From the NCBI GenBank assembly GCA_018824145.1, contig JAHJHC010000088.1, positions 2,696 through 66,695 on the forward strand: a stretch of DNA of 64,000 nt, read 5' to 3'. The position numbers were made by a program, and so were the translations under genes. Source of the DNA: Candidatus Omnitrophota bacterium (GTDB taxonomy: Bacteria; Omnitrophota; Gorgyraeia; Gorgyraeales; Gorgyraeaceae). Numbering within the stretch: the stretch's first letter is position 1; each line of letters begins with the position of its first letter. Below, in pieces: positions 38,661 through 48,484 of the stretch. The notes below the pieces were generated by a model that had not been told where the DNA came from, did not search any database, and worked only from the letters and a program-made list of their open reading frames with translations.

Positions 38661-39390
38661 ATGGCCTATGTCATAGATATATCTAGGCTAACCAAAGAAT
38701 TTATACCTGCTAAAATTCCCCATCACTTTATAGTACATCTTTTTAAAAAACAAAGACCTGTTTTGGCGATCAATAAAGTTAGCCTTCAAATTAAAAAAGG
38801 TGATACATTTGCACTGGTAGGGCCAAATGGTGCTGGGAAAACTACTCTGATCAAGATCTTGTCCGGTCTTATCTTGCCTACAAAAGGAAGAGCCAAAGTT
38901 GCTGGTTATGACATTTTAGACGAAAAGATGATTAAAGTGTCAGTGGGCCTAGTGAGTGGCGATGAGCGAAGTTTTTATTGGAGGTTAACTCTGTGGCAGA
39001 CCCTTTCTTTTTTTCTGCACTTTATAACCTTTCTGCTACACAGTCTAAAAGTAGAATAGAGAAATTAAGCGGTTTATTAGAGATTACTTCACAGTTAGAT
39101 AAGAGATTTCAGGAATGTTCTACCGGTGTAAAAGAGAGGGTAGTTATTGCTCGTGGCCTTTTGAATAATCCCAAAGTTTTATTTATGGACGAACCTACGA
39201 AAAGTTTGGATTTTGAAACAGGTAGAAATTTAAGAAGCTTTACAAGAAATAGATTAGTGAATAAAGAGGAATGGTGTTATTTGTCTTTAAATGATGATGC
39301 GAAGAAAGCTAACGCTAAAAGCTATCAGTATTTCATGTTTAATTCCGTAGGGTTAAGAGTCAGAGGGGAGGAGTATGTTTTGCCGGAGGA
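38661..39390 (+). pseudogene. ABC transporter ATP-binding protein paralog (of 25825-26631) disrupted by a frameshift near 38985-39000, with a degenerate C-terminus
   Basis: ORF 38661-39059 has Walker A GPNGAGKTT ... DERSFYWRLT. ORF 38978-39502, in another frame, continues with PFFFSALYN ... the signature-like CSTGVKER ... Walker B LFMDEPTKSLD. Together they are collinear with the intact paralog. Confidence 0.6.
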
Positions 39391-39399
39391 ACCTCAGGT

Positions 39400-39744
39400 T
39401 GTACAAGATAATATCATTGGAATAGAAAACCGTGCAGGGGATACCTGGAAATTGAAACGATGGAATAAATATTCTGAATTGATAAGTTTATTAAAGATAT
39501 AAATGATTGTAAGATTATTGTAACCGGAGATACTTTGGCGATGCATCTTGGTTTGGGATTGAAAAAGAAAACAGTGGTAATGTTCGGACCTACTTCAAGT
39601 TCTGAGATATACTCTTATGGCAGAATGATAAAAGCAGTTTCTCCTATTACGTGCCAATGTTGTTATAAAAGGGAATGTTTAAAGAATCCAAGTTGCATGG
39701 ATTTGATTCCAGTCAAAAAGGTCTTTGATGTAATATTAGATTAA
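39400..39744 (+). pseudogene. GT9 (heptosyltransferase-like) C-terminal fragment spread over two frames
   Basis: Frame 2 reads GDTWKLKRWNKYSELISLL (compare GT9 K-x-W-p-x-e-x-f-x-x-L). Frame 1 reads CKIIVTGDTLAMHLGLGLKKKTVVMFGPT (compare GT9 lvItnDSGpmHLAaAlg.PtValFGpT). There is no N-terminal half. Confidence 0.5.
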
Positions 39745-40947
39745 AGCCAGCAATATCCAGAAAAAAAGACCTACCTGAGGAATGAAATATGTGTTGTCTA
39801 TTAGATTGTGCGAGAAGAAAGCTAACCCGCCTAACAGTATAATGCTATTTTTCGGGTCTTCCTTGAATTTCCTTAAAAATAGGATGATTAAATATACTAC
39901 GCTTAGAAGTCCTAATATACCTGTTTCAACGCCTTGATGTAGGAGTATGTTGTGTGCATAGCGTGTATTTGTGGTTACGCCAACCTTATACTTTAGGAAT
40001 ACTTCTTTGAAGTTTCCTGCGCCTACGCCGGTTATAGGATGGGCTTTTATAATAGCCATTGAAGTGCGCCAGTAATTTAGGCGCTGGGTTATGGAATTTT
40101 GTGGGTTTTCAAGGTTCGTCAGGCGTTCCCATCGGTTTATTAGAATGAAAGTAATGACAATAGCTATAAGGATAAAGGTTGTTATAGGGATTATCTTTTG
40201 TTTTTTGAGGGATTTGTATGAAAGGATGACTAATATGGTTAACGCGAAGGTAAGGCTTAACCATGCCCCCATTGATTTTGTGAAGATAAGGGCAATAGCT
40301 ATTAAAAGTGATGCTGCGTACCAAAATAAGGGACGGAGCCCATTTTTTAAAAAATGGGCTCCGTCCCTTATTAAATGCAATGAAAAGAAAAACATTATTA
40401 TCAAATATCCCCCAAAAACAGTAGGGGAGGGGAATGTTCCTATTGTGCGCTTTGCGATTAATATATCTTTTGCATAGGAAGATTTTAAGAGGAAGTCGCT
40501 ATTTATCTTTCTGAGATAGTCTAAAGTGCGCTGGTATCCCCAGAAATATTGATATATTGAGTATATGCTTATTATTACACTAGCTATGACAATGGTTTTA
40601 ATCAGTAAATTTTTCTGCTTTTCGTTAAGTTGACTTACAGTAAAGAAAATAGCGAAAAAACTCACGAACTTAATAGTTTCTCTGATGGAATTCTGGAAAT
40701 TGACCGAGAAGACAGTGGATATAGTATAGGCCAAGAAAATCAGTAAGATCGGAACATGGAAGGCATTTTTTGAAATCATTTTTTTATTAACGAGCAAGGT
40801 TAGAATTGCAAGAAATATAATAACATTCTGATAGTAAGTTTCTACCGTTGGATAAGCAAGGCCGGAGAAAAAAGGCCTAATAAAGACAAAGAATACTAAA
40901 GGGATAAATATGAAATATGATAAAGGTTTAGATTTTGAGGAAGTCAT
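39736..40947 (-). CDS. O-antigen ligase / Wzy_C family polytopic membrane protein
   Basis: More than 10 TM helices and a YAHNILLHQGVETGILG motif resembling the Wzy_C / O-antigen ligase conserved region. The only minus-strand gene in the first 50 kb. Confidence 0.5.
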   Translation of the reverse strand: MTSSKSKPLSYFIFIPLVFFVFIRPFFSGLAYPTVETYYQNVIIFLAILTLLVNKKMISKNAFHVPILLIFLAYTISTVFSVNFQNSIRETIKFVSFFAIFFTVSQLNEKQKNLLIKTIVIASVIISIYSIYQYFWGYQRTLDYLRKINSDFLLKSSYAKDILIAKRTIGTFPSPTVFGGYLIIMFFFSLHLIRDGAHFLKNGLRPLFWYAASLLIAIALIFTKSMGAWLSLTFALTILVILSYKSLKKQKIIPITTFILIAIVITFILINRWERLTNLENPQNSITQRLNYWRTSMAIIKAHPITGVGAGNFKEVFLKYKVGVTTNTRYAHNILLHQGVETGILGLLSVVYLIILFLRKFKEDPKNSIILLGGLAFFSHNLIDNTYFIPQVGLFFWILLALI

Positions 40948-40962
40948 GATATAATTTATTTT

Positions 40963-41856
40963 ATGATATCAGTAATTATTGTAAATTACAATAAGAAAGA
41001 TTTATTGAAGAGATGTCTGGATTCTGTTAGGGGACAGGGTTTTAAGGACATAGAGATTATTGTGGTGGATAATGCGTCTCCGGACGATAGCGTTGAAATG
41101 GTTAGGATGTATTATCCTGAAGCTAAATTGATATGGAATACAAGAAATTTGCTTTTTTGTAAGGCATATAATCAGGGGATAGATGCCTCGAAAGGGAATT
41201 TTATAGTATGTTTAAATAATGATGTTGTCTTGGATAAAGATTATTTAAAAGAGGCCTTGTTTGCAATAGGTCTGGATAATAGAATTGGCATGGTCAGCGG
41301 CAAGATTTTAAGGGTGGACAAAAAGACAATAGATTCTGCGGGTCTTTTCCTGGGTAAGAATAGGAAACCTATCGAAAGAGGTTATGGAAAACAGGATGAA
41401 GCGCAATATGAAAAACCAGGTTATGTCTTTGGAGTGAGCGGTGCCTGCGCTTTTTTTAGAAGGAGCATACTCATGGATATAAAAGATGAGAATGGATATT
41501 TTGACGAGAGATTTGGTATGTATTATGAGGATCTGGATTTATGTTGGAGGGCACAGAAAAAAGGATGGAAGGCTTATTATTATCCGAAGGCTGTAGCATA
41601 TCATGTTAGATCTGCAACAGCAGTTGGCCGGATAGGGATAAAGAAAATAAACTTGCCTTACCTGACAGATAGTTTAAAGAGGATGTATATTAAGAATAGA
41701 TACTTATGCATGAAGAAAAATGATTCTCTGAGAGGAATTTTGTTGAACTTGCCGTTTATTATATGCTATGAGATGAAAATATGGTTATACATGTTTTTTA
41801 ATTTAGCTCTCAAGAGCTCTCAAGAGATTTTTCTTGACCGTGATAAAAAAACATAG
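40963..41856 (+). CDS. GT2 glycosyltransferase (rhamnosyltransferase-like), paralog of 24893-25840
   Basis: MISVIIVNYNKKDLLKRCLDSV ... VDNASPDDS ... YFDERFGMYYEDLDLCWRAQKKGW. Confidence 0.8.
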   Translation: MISVIIVNYNKKDLLKRCLDSVRGQGFKDIEIIVVDNASPDDSVEMVRMYYPEAKLIWNTRNLLFCKAYNQGIDASKGNFIVCLNNDVVLDKDYLKEALFAIGLDNRIGMVSGKILRVDKKTIDSAGLFLGKNRKPIERGYGKQDEAQYEKPGYVFGVSGACAFFRRSILMDIKDENGYFDERFGMYYEDLDLCWRAQKKGWKAYYYPKAVAYHVRSATAVGRIGIKKINLPYLTDSLKRMYIKNRYLCMKKNDSLRGILLNLPFIICYEMKIWLYMFFNLALKSSQEIFLDRDKKT

Positions 41857-41882
41857 TATAATCCTCTTCGATAGGGGGAGAA

Positions 41883-42152
41883 ATGGCAGTAGTAAAAGAG
41901 AAGAAAAAAGAGCTCATAAAGGGGTTTGCTGAACACGAAAAAGATACTGGTTCTTGCAGTGTGCAGGTAGCTTTACTAACCGAACGGATTAATAATCTTA
42001 CGGAACATTTTAAGTCACATAAAAAAGATTTTAATTCCAGGGTAGGTCTTTTACGTTTGGTCAGTCAAAGAAAGAGGCTCCTGGATTATCTAAAAAAAGA
42101 GAATACTGAAAGATATCGCGAGCTTATAGGAAAATTAAAACTGAAGAAATAG
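41883..42152 (+). CDS. rpsO: 30S ribosomal protein S15
   Basis: 89-aa protein with TGS...VQVA.LTERI..L..H...HKKD..SRRGLL motifs typical of S15. Located immediately upstream of pnp. Confidence 0.95.
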   Translation: MAVVKEKKKELIKGFAEHEKDTGSCSVQVALLTERINNLTEHFKSHKKDFNSRVGLLRLVSQRKRLLDYLKKENTERYRELIGKLKLKK

Positions 42153-42157
42153 ATGGA

Positions 42158-42230
42158 AAGCGGATTTATCGGCCCTGGGATAATATGTATTTTATAAATA
42201 AGAGACAGGGGACATGATTCCGCTTTTTTT
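42158..42230 (+). terminator. Putative rpsO intrinsic terminator: a long imperfect hairpin (GCGGA...CCCTG...CAGGG...TCCGC) followed by T7
   Basis: Nested complementary arms ending in tccgcttttttt at 42219-42230. Confidence 0.35.
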
Positions 42231-42243
42231 ATAACACAGCAAT

Positions 42244-42296
42244 GTAGCTGCAGCATCTTATGCTGCATAGAAGGCATGGCAAGGCCATGCAACTAC
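42244..42296 (+). repeat. 53-nt structured motif, copy A: closing arms GTAGCTGC/GCAACTAC around two triloop hairpins (GCAGCAT-CTT-ATGCTGC; GCATGGC-AAG-GCCATGC), in the pnp leader
   Basis: Read directly from sequence. It has the same length and architecture as copy B at 44404-44456, with compensatory stem changes. Confidence 0.5.
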
Positions 42297-42314
42297 AGAG
42301 TGATAGGAGAAATT

Positions 42315-44402
42315 ATGGATCATATTAAAGTCGAGACAAAGATTGGCAGAGAAAATTTGATTATCGAAGTCGGAAAAATGGCAAAGCAGGCAAATGGGTC
42401 AGTCTGCGTGCAATATGGCGGCACAGTGGTTTTGGTTGCAGCCGTGTGTTCTAAGGAATTGCGCGAAGGTATAGATTTTTTTCCTCTTACAGTAGAATAT
42501 CAGGAAAAGACTTATGCAGCAGGTAAGATCCCCGGCGGATACTTTAAACGGGAAGGCAGGCCTTCGGAGAAGGAGATATTGACTGCCAGACTGATAGACC
42601 GGCCTATAAGACCGCTATTTCCAAAGGGATTTATGAACGAGGTCCAGATCTTCAGCATAGTATTTTCAAGTGACGGAGAGAATGATTCTGATATCCCTGC
42701 CATAATAGGTGCTTCAGCTGCATTGACTATTTCAGATATACCTTTTTCAGGGCCTATCGGTGCAGTGAAGGTCGGTTTAGTAGATGATAAGTTTATCGCA
42801 AATCCGACTTTTAAAGAGCTTGAAAATAGTGCCTTGGAGCTGGTTGTGGTTGGTTTTAAGGATAAGATCATTATGCTGGAGGCAGGCGCTAACGAGGTTT
42901 CCGAAGATAAAATGCTTGAGGCTATAGAGTTTGCACAAAAGCATATAAGCGAGACTATTGCTTTACAGGAAGATCTGCAGAAGAAGGTCGGCAAGGAGAA
43001 ATTTGAACCAGAGTTGAAAGTGACGCAGGAAGGATTGTATGGAAAGGTCAGGGACTTGTCTGTCCCTGAATTGCAGAAAATAAATTCGCTTCCAATAGAA
43101 GAGCAAAGAAAAGAGGCCTTGGATATTTTAAGTAAATCTATAGTAGAGAAATTAAAGGCTGAAGACGGAGCCTTGAACGATACCGATATAAAGAATGCCT
43201 TGGGCAAGGTTGAAAAAGAGGAGATCAGAAAGTTTATTCTTGGGAAAAGGACAAGGGTTGACGGAAGAAAGGATACGGATATAAGGACTATAAGTTGTGA
43301 AGTCGGGATATTACCGAGGACTCATGGGTCCGGTCTTTTTACCAGGGGCCAGACACAGAGTTTATCCACCACTACACTTGGAACTAGTCAGGATGAACAG
43401 CGGTTGGATGACCTTGAAGGAGAGAGGTTTAAGAGCTTTATGTTGCATTATAATTTTCCGCCTTTCAGCGTAGGTGAGGTTAGGCCCGCCAGAGGGCCTG
43501 GCAGAAGGGAAATCGGCCACGGCGCTTTAGCAGAAAGGGCACTTAAGGCAGTAATGCCTTCCAATGAGGAATTTCCTTATACAGTGAGAGTGGTTTCGGA
43601 TATCTTGGAATCAAATGGCTCTAGCAGTATGGCAACTGTATGTGCGGCAACCCTTTCCCTTATGGATGCAGGTGTTCCCATAAAGAAACCTGTTGTAGGG
43701 ATAGCAATGGGTTTGATAAAAGAGGATAAGGATACGATGATCTTGACTGATATTGCGGGTATTGAGGACCATTTTGGCGATATGGATTTTAAAATTACGA
43801 GCACGGATTCCGGAATTACTGCTCTTCAGATGGATCTGAAGATCGACGGTATAGATATTGCATTAATAAAAAAGATAGTAAAGCAGGCGAGCCCTGCCAG
43901 GGATTTTATCCTAAATAAAATCTCAGAAGTGATAGGTAAACCCAGGGAAGAGGTTTCGGAATACGCGCCTAAGATAATTTCAATCACCATTAATAAGGAA
44001 AAGATCAGAGATCTGATAGGTCCCGGAGGAAAAGTAATAAAGAGGATAATTAAGGATACGGGCGCAACTGTCGAGGTGGAAGATGACGGTAAGGTCTCTG
44101 TATCATCAGATAGCCAGGAGTCTATCACGAAGGCCATAGAAATCATAAAGGGCATAACAGGCGAGGCAGAGATAGGTACGGTTTACGAAGGCACGGTTAC
44201 CCGTGTGATGAATTTTGGTGCGTTTTGTGAAATATTCCCCGGTAAAGAAGGCCTGGTTCATGTGTCTGAAATAGCAGATAAGTTCGTGAAGAATGTAGAG
44301 GATGTTATCAAGGTGGGCGATAAGGTCAAAGTGAAGCTTATTAAAATAGATGAGATGGGCAGGTATAATCTCAGCATAAAACAGGCCCAGGTCCAAGAAT
44401 AA
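42315..44402 (+). CDS. pnp: Polyribonucleotide nucleotidyltransferase (PNPase)
   Basis: Two RNase PH domains, a KH domain and a C-terminal S1 domain (GTVTRVMNFGAFCEI...GLVHVSEI). Start set at the ATG at 42315 (MDHIKVETKIG), after the AGGAGA RBS. The ORF track's 42276 start would overlap the structured leader. Confidence 0.95.
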   Translation: MDHIKVETKIGRENLIIEVGKMAKQANGSVCVQYGGTVVLVAAVCSKELREGIDFFPLTVEYQEKTYAAGKIPGGYFKREGRPSEKEILTARLIDRPIRPLFPKGFMNEVQIFSIVFSSDGENDSDIPAIIGASAALTISDIPFSGPIGAVKVGLVDDKFIANPTFKELENSALELVVVGFKDKIIMLEAGANEVSEDKMLEAIEFAQKHISETIALQEDLQKKVGKEKFEPELKVTQEGLYGKVRDLSVPELQKINSLPIEEQRKEALDILSKSIVEKLKAEDGALNDTDIKNALGKVEKEEIRKFILGKRTRVDGRKDTDIRTISCEVGILPRTHGSGLFTRGQTQSLSTTTLGTSQDEQRLDDLEGERFKSFMLHYNFPPFSVGEVRPARGPGRREIGHGALAERALKAVMPSNEEFPYTVRVVSDILESNGSSSMATVCAATLSLMDAGVPIKKPVVGIAMGLIKEDKDTMILTDIAGIEDHFGDMDFKITSTDSGITALQMDLKIDGIDIALIKKIVKQASPARDFILNKISEVIGKPREEVSEYAPKIISITINKEKIRDLIGPGGKVIKRIIKDTGATVEVEDDGKVSVSSDSQESITKAIEIIKGITGEAEIGTVYEGTVTRVMNFGAFCEIFPGKEGLVHVSEIADKFVKNVEDVIKVGDKVKVKLIKIDEMGRYNLSIKQAQVQE

Positions 44403-44403
44403 C

Positions 44404-44456
44404 GTAGTTGCAGCACCTTGTGCTGCCAATGTAGCACCATGAGATGGTGCAGCTAC
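44404..44456 (+). repeat. 53-nt structured motif, copy B: arms GTAGTTGC/GCAGCTAC around hairpins GCAGCAC-CTT-GTGCTGC and GCACCAT-GAG-ATGGTGC, in the uppP leader
   Basis: Read directly from sequence. It shows co-variation relative to copy A. Confidence 0.5.
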
Positions 44457-44462
44457 ATTTAT

Positions 44463-45209
44463 ATGACATTGTTTGAAGCGATAATTTCAGGCATTGTGCA
44501 AGGCCTGACAGAGTTTCTTCCTATCTCGAGCTCCGGCCATCTTGTTATTCTCCACAGAATAATTGGACTCCAGGAGCCTCAAATAGCCTTTGATATTTTT
44601 TTGCATGTAGGTACTCTCATAGCAATATTTATAGTATTCTGGAGAGATATCCTGGATGTTTTTGGTTCTAAAAAGAAGACAGGCATTTTAATTTTATTAG
44701 GGACTGCTCCAACAGCGATTTTTATAGCGCTCTTCGGAGAAAAAGTTGCGGCTTCATTTACAAATGTTAGATTTGTTGGAGCCATGCTGATTGTAACCGG
44801 ACTCTGGTTGATCTTGGGGAATTTCTTCAGGTATGGTACGACGCAATTCTCAGGATTTAAGGCTATTTTTATCGGATTAGCGCAGGGCATCGCTGCCTTC
44901 CCGGGAATATCAAGAAGCGGTGCGACTATTTCCACTGCACTATTTCTGGGAATCGATCCTAAAAGCGCTGCCAGGTTTTCTTTTTTATTAGCTATCCCGG
45001 CGATTATAGGGGCCTTTTTATTGAAGATAAAGGACTTCTCTCTTAACGGAAGCAATATGAATAACTACATCCTTGGCCTAGTCGTATCTTGTATCGTCGG
45101 TATTTTGTCATTAAAATTGTTATTAAGGGTTCTTTATAGGAATAAATTTCATTTGTTTGGGATTTATTGTATAGTGGCCGGGCTGCTGGTGCTCGGATTT
45201 TTAAAATGA
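44463..45209 (+). CDS. uppP: Undecaprenyl-diphosphatase (BacA/UppP)
   Basis: IISGIVQGLTEFLPISSSGHLVI matches the BacA signature. The protein has eight TM segments. Start moved to the ATG at 44463. Confidence 0.9.
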   Translation: MTLFEAIISGIVQGLTEFLPISSSGHLVILHRIIGLQEPQIAFDIFLHVGTLIAIFIVFWRDILDVFGSKKKTGILILLGTAPTAIFIALFGEKVAASFTNVRFVGAMLIVTGLWLILGNFFRYGTTQFSGFKAIFIGLAQGIAAFPGISRSGATISTALFLGIDPKSAARFSFLLAIPAIIGAFLLKIKDFSLNGSNMNNYILGLVVSCIVGILSLKLLLRVLYRNKFHLFGIYCIVAGLLVLGFLK

Positions 45210-47482
45210 AAAAAAACAAAAAAAACCTTATAGTTTCTTTTGGATTATTCGGTCTGGCATTGTTGTTGCTGGCGGCGTTGATTTCTTATTCTCCTTACGA
45301 TATCCGTTTTGAGACATCTAAGCCTAATCTCTCTACAAGAAATTATATCGGCATAGTCGGTGCCTACACCGCGTGGATTATATTCAAGATCGTAGGATAT
45401 GCGGGGTTTCTTATACCGCTCTTGTGCGTGGTCTGGGGCATGGGTATGCTCACTGAAAAATTGACACAGCGGCCGGTATTTAGATTCCTGGGGATAATCT
45501 TATTGTTTTCTTCAGCTGCTACGCTTTTTAGTTTGACCGGTATAGATGACCCTGTGTTTATGGTCGAAAGGGGAGGCATCCTCGGTTTTTATATAGCGAA
45601 TATCCTTCTTGAATACTTTGGGATCATGGGAGGGTATATAATAACTACTACTTTGAGTATTTTAGCGCTTTTAGCCTGCACTGAATTTCTGATCTTAACC
45701 TTTGCCTCATTTTTGGTTTTACGCACATGGAATCTGTATAAAGGCTTGAAAATAAAACGGGCCCAGAAAAAAATATTTAAACCTAAAGAGCGTATCGAAC
45801 CAAGGCCGAGATTAAAGCCAGCAGTGAAGATGCCTTCCTACGCCAAGACTTCGGATGACAGGTTGGATGGCAGGCAGAAGACACCTCTTGAACCCCGAGC
45901 CTGTCAAGAGGGCATTTTAGATAGGGAAGAAGATGACCAAAGGGGGTCCCGAGCGGAGTCGAGGGAAAGGCCAAGAATAATTTTACCTAAAGTTAAACCA
46001 GCGCCAAAGCCGGTCCCTAAAAAACCAGTAAAGATCGAACCGCGCATAGTAGGTGACTATAAACTGCCTACCCTGGACTTGTTGGACTTAGCCCCGCCTG
46101 AATCAGAAAGGACGTTGGATGATGGTTTAGAGGACAGTGCCGGGATCCTGGAAGATACGTTACGTGATTTTGGCATAGAGTCAAAGGTGGTGGATATAAG
46201 TAAAGGCCCTGTGATTACCAGATACGAATTGCAACTTGCCCCAGGGGTGAAGGTAAATAGGATCACGGCTTTGAGTGATGATATAGCCCTTACTATGAAG
46301 GCCCCGACTGTTAGGATCGTTGCCCCTATACCGGGAAAATCAGCAGTGGGTATAGAGGTCCCTAATCAGAAAACAGCACTGGTATATATAAGGGAAATAC
46401 TTGAATCCAAGGAATATCAGAAAATGGCATCTAGTTCAAAACTTGCCATAGCACTTGGAAAAGATATCTCGGGTAAGAGTGTTGTAGCGGATATCGGTGA
46501 TATGCCGCATCTTTTTATTGCAGGTACTACTGGTTCAGGGAAAACAGTATGTGTTAATTCTTTGATAATGAGCATGATTTATAACGCTACCCCGGATGAG
46601 TTGAAATTTTTAATGATTGATCCCAAAATGGTGGAATTGGCTATCTATAATGGCCTACCCCATCTTTTATGTCCAGTGGTTACTGATGCGAAAAAGGCTA
46701 AGGCAGCCCTTGGTTGGGTGGTAAGTGAGATGGAAGCAAGATATAAATTGCTGGCAAATCTTACTGTCAGGAACATCGATGCGTTTAATGTAAAGTCAGA
46801 AGATAAACTCCCTTATATAGTGGTAATTATAGATGAGCTTGCAGACCTTATGATGACAGTCCAGGAAGATGTGGAAAATGCGATTACCAGGCTTGCCCAG
46901 CTTTCAAGGGCAGTGGGCATACATATGATACTTGCAACGCAAAGGCCGTCGGTTGATGTGGTAACAGGCGTAATAAAGGCAAACTTCCCGGCAAGGGTCT
47001 CTTTTAAGGTGGCGTCAAAAGTGGATTCAAGGACTGTTTTGGATATGAACGGTGCTGATAAATTACTGGGAAAAGGGGATATGTTGTTTTTAAAGCCTGG
47101 TAACGAGAAGCCGATAAGGGCCCAGGGTACACTTCTTACTGATGCGGAGATAGAAAAGGTCGTTACTATGGTAAAGGAACAGAGGGAGCCTGTTTATAGT
47201 GACGAGATACTCGAGGAACAGGCAAAGGGTGTATCCGGTACATCAGGATTTTCGAAGGATGAATTTTTTGATGAGGCAGTAAAGATGGTGCTCCAAACAG
47301 GCCAGGCATCTGTATCAATGCTCCAGCGCAGGCTTAGGCTGGGTTATACGAGGGCTGCAAGATTGATAGACACTATGGAAGAACAGGGGATAATAGGCCC
47401 TTTTAGAGGAAGCAAGCCGAGAGAGATTTTGGTAAAAGAATATAAAAGTGAAGTAGAACCCTCTGAAGAAGATACATTATAG
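45206..47482 (+). CDS. ftsK: DNA translocase FtsK/SpoIIIE
   Basis: N-terminal TM helices, a Pro/Lys-rich linker, Walker A GTTGSGKT, ATQRPSVDV and a C-terminal gamma winged-helix domain. Start moved to MKKNKKN at 45206. Confidence 0.9.
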   Translation: MKKNKKNLIVSFGLFGLALLLLAALISYSPYDIRFETSKPNLSTRNYIGIVGAYTAWIIFKIVGYAGFLIPLLCVVWGMGMLTEKLTQRPVFRFLGIILLFSSAATLFSLTGIDDPVFMVERGGILGFYIANILLEYFGIMGGYIITTTLSILALLACTEFLILTFASFLVLRTWNLYKGLKIKRAQKKIFKPKERIEPRPRLKPAVKMPSYAKTSDDRLDGRQKTPLEPRACQEGILDREEDDQRGSRAESRERPRIILPKVKPAPKPVPKKPVKIEPRIVGDYKLPTLDLLDLAPPESERTLDDGLEDSAGILEDTLRDFGIESKVVDISKGPVITRYELQLAPGVKVNRITALSDDIALTMKAPTVRIVAPIPGKSAVGIEVPNQKTALVYIREILESKEYQKMASSSKLAIALGKDISGKSVVADIGDMPHLFIAGTTGSGKTVCVNSLIMSMIYNATPDELKFLMIDPKMVELAIYNGLPHLLCPVVTDAKKAKAALGWVVSEMEARYKLLANLTVRNIDAFNVKSEDKLPYIVVIIDELADLMMTVQEDVENAITRLAQLSRAVGIHMILATQRPSVDVVTGVIKANFPARVSFKVASKVDSRTVLDMNGADKLLGKGDMLFLKPGNEKPIRAQGTLLTDAEIEKVVTMVKEQREPVYSDEILEEQAKGVSGTSGFSKDEFFDEAVKMVLQTGQASVSMLQRRLRLGYTRAARLIDTMEEQGIIGPFRGSKPREILVKEYKSEVEPSEEDTL

Positions 47483-47524
47483 TTAGTTTAGCCCGTTGCA
47501 TAGAATTAACGGAGTCAACGGATT

Positions 47525-48427
47525 ATGTCCGATTCACTAGGAAAAACACTCAAAAGGATTAGAGAAGCTAAAAAGCTTTCCATAGAAGAGGCTTCAGAAA
47601 AAACCCGCATATCTAAAAAAATCCTGCAGACCATAGAAGAAGATAGATTAAACGAGCTCCCTTCAGAGTTTTATGCCAGGGGTTTTATAAAGACATACTC
47701 CAGGTTCCTTAATGCGTCCGAAGAAAAGAAAATAAAAGAATATTTATCAGGTATCCAGCAAAAAGAAAAGCCTATCCTTATATTGGAAGGCGAGAAAGTC
47801 CCGGGGGACTGGTTTTTGAAGCATAAAAAGTATATCGGCATAGCAGTTATTGCGATTTTCAGTATGTGGACGATTTTATTCAGTGTTGTGCAGGTAACGA
47901 AATTTGTAAAAAATACTTCTGCAAAGTTCAAGATACAGATGGCTAAGAGACGGGAGGCAAAAGAGGAGCAAAAAAAGAAGATAGAGCAAAAAAAGAAGGC
48001 AGATGAAGAGAAAAAGAAGAAAGAAGCTGCAGAGAAAAAGAAGGCAGCTGCAAAGATTGCCCGCCCTGAGCAAAGTCGAAAGGATTTACCTGCACCTTCG
48101 TCTGCAGCTACTGCTACGGTCGCATCTAGTAAAGTAAGTTCAGAAACGACAACGCCCGTAAAAAAAGAAAATATCGAGCTTGAGATCATAGCGCATTATA
48201 ACTCCTGGGTCGAGATCATTAGCGACGGAGAGCTTGTATTTAGAGGCATATTGAAAAAAGGGACTGAGGATATTTGGAAGGCAAAAAAAGAGATGAAGTT
48301 GGAAGTCGGCAACGCAGGCGGCGTAGAGCTGACGCTCAATGAGAAAAAACTCGGTACCCCCGGCAAAAAGGGAGAGAAGAAGGAAGTCATTATTACGGAA
48401 GACGGGTATAAAATAAGTGCGCTGTAG
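47525..48427 (+). CDS. rodZ: RodZ-like cytoskeletal protein (HTH-XRE domain, TM segment, K/E-rich linker, C-terminal DUF4115-like domain)
   Basis: N-terminal HTH (LGKTLKRIREAKKLSIEEASEKTRISKKILQTIEE), one TM helix, a KE-rich low-complexity linker and a C-terminal beta-rich domain. Confidence 0.55.
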   Translation: MSDSLGKTLKRIREAKKLSIEEASEKTRISKKILQTIEEDRLNELPSEFYARGFIKTYSRFLNASEEKKIKEYLSGIQQKEKPILILEGEKVPGDWFLKHKKYIGIAVIAIFSMWTILFSVVQVTKFVKNTSAKFKIQMAKRREAKEEQKKKIEQKKKADEEKKKKEAAEKKKAAAKIARPEQSRKDLPAPSSAATATVASSKVSSETTTPVKKENIELEIIAHYNSWVEIISDGELVFRGILKKGTEDIWKAKKEMKLEVGNAGGVELTLNEKKLGTPGKKGEKKEVIITEDGYKISAL

Positions 48428-48461
48428 CGCCAGACGTACAGTGAGTGTCACTAGTACAAAA

Positions 48462-48484
48462 GGGGACGAATGTCCCCATTTTTT
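48462..48484 (+). terminator. Intrinsic terminator hairpin GGGGAC-GAAT-GTCCCC followed by ATTTTTT
   Basis: Perfect 6-bp GC stem plus a T-tract, immediately before the rimO ATG at 48485. Confidence 0.55.

Noticed and set aside
40091-40477. 128-aa plus-strand ORF
   Set aside because: It is antisense inside the Wzy_C-like membrane protein gene and has no recognisable domain.
42512-43207. 231-aa minus-strand ORF, plus other antisense ORFs inside pnp, uppP, ftsK, alaS, recA, htrA and cinA (for example 44579-45055, 56707-57216, 58860-59372, 52585-53022)
   Set aside because: Each is fully embedded antisense to a strongly supported housekeeping CDS and has no motifs of its own. These are typical spurious shadow ORFs.
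47671-48189. 172-aa minus-strand ORF
   Set aside because: It lies antisense within the K/E-rich low-complexity linker of the rodZ-like gene. It is an artefact of the repetitive aaa/gaa codons.
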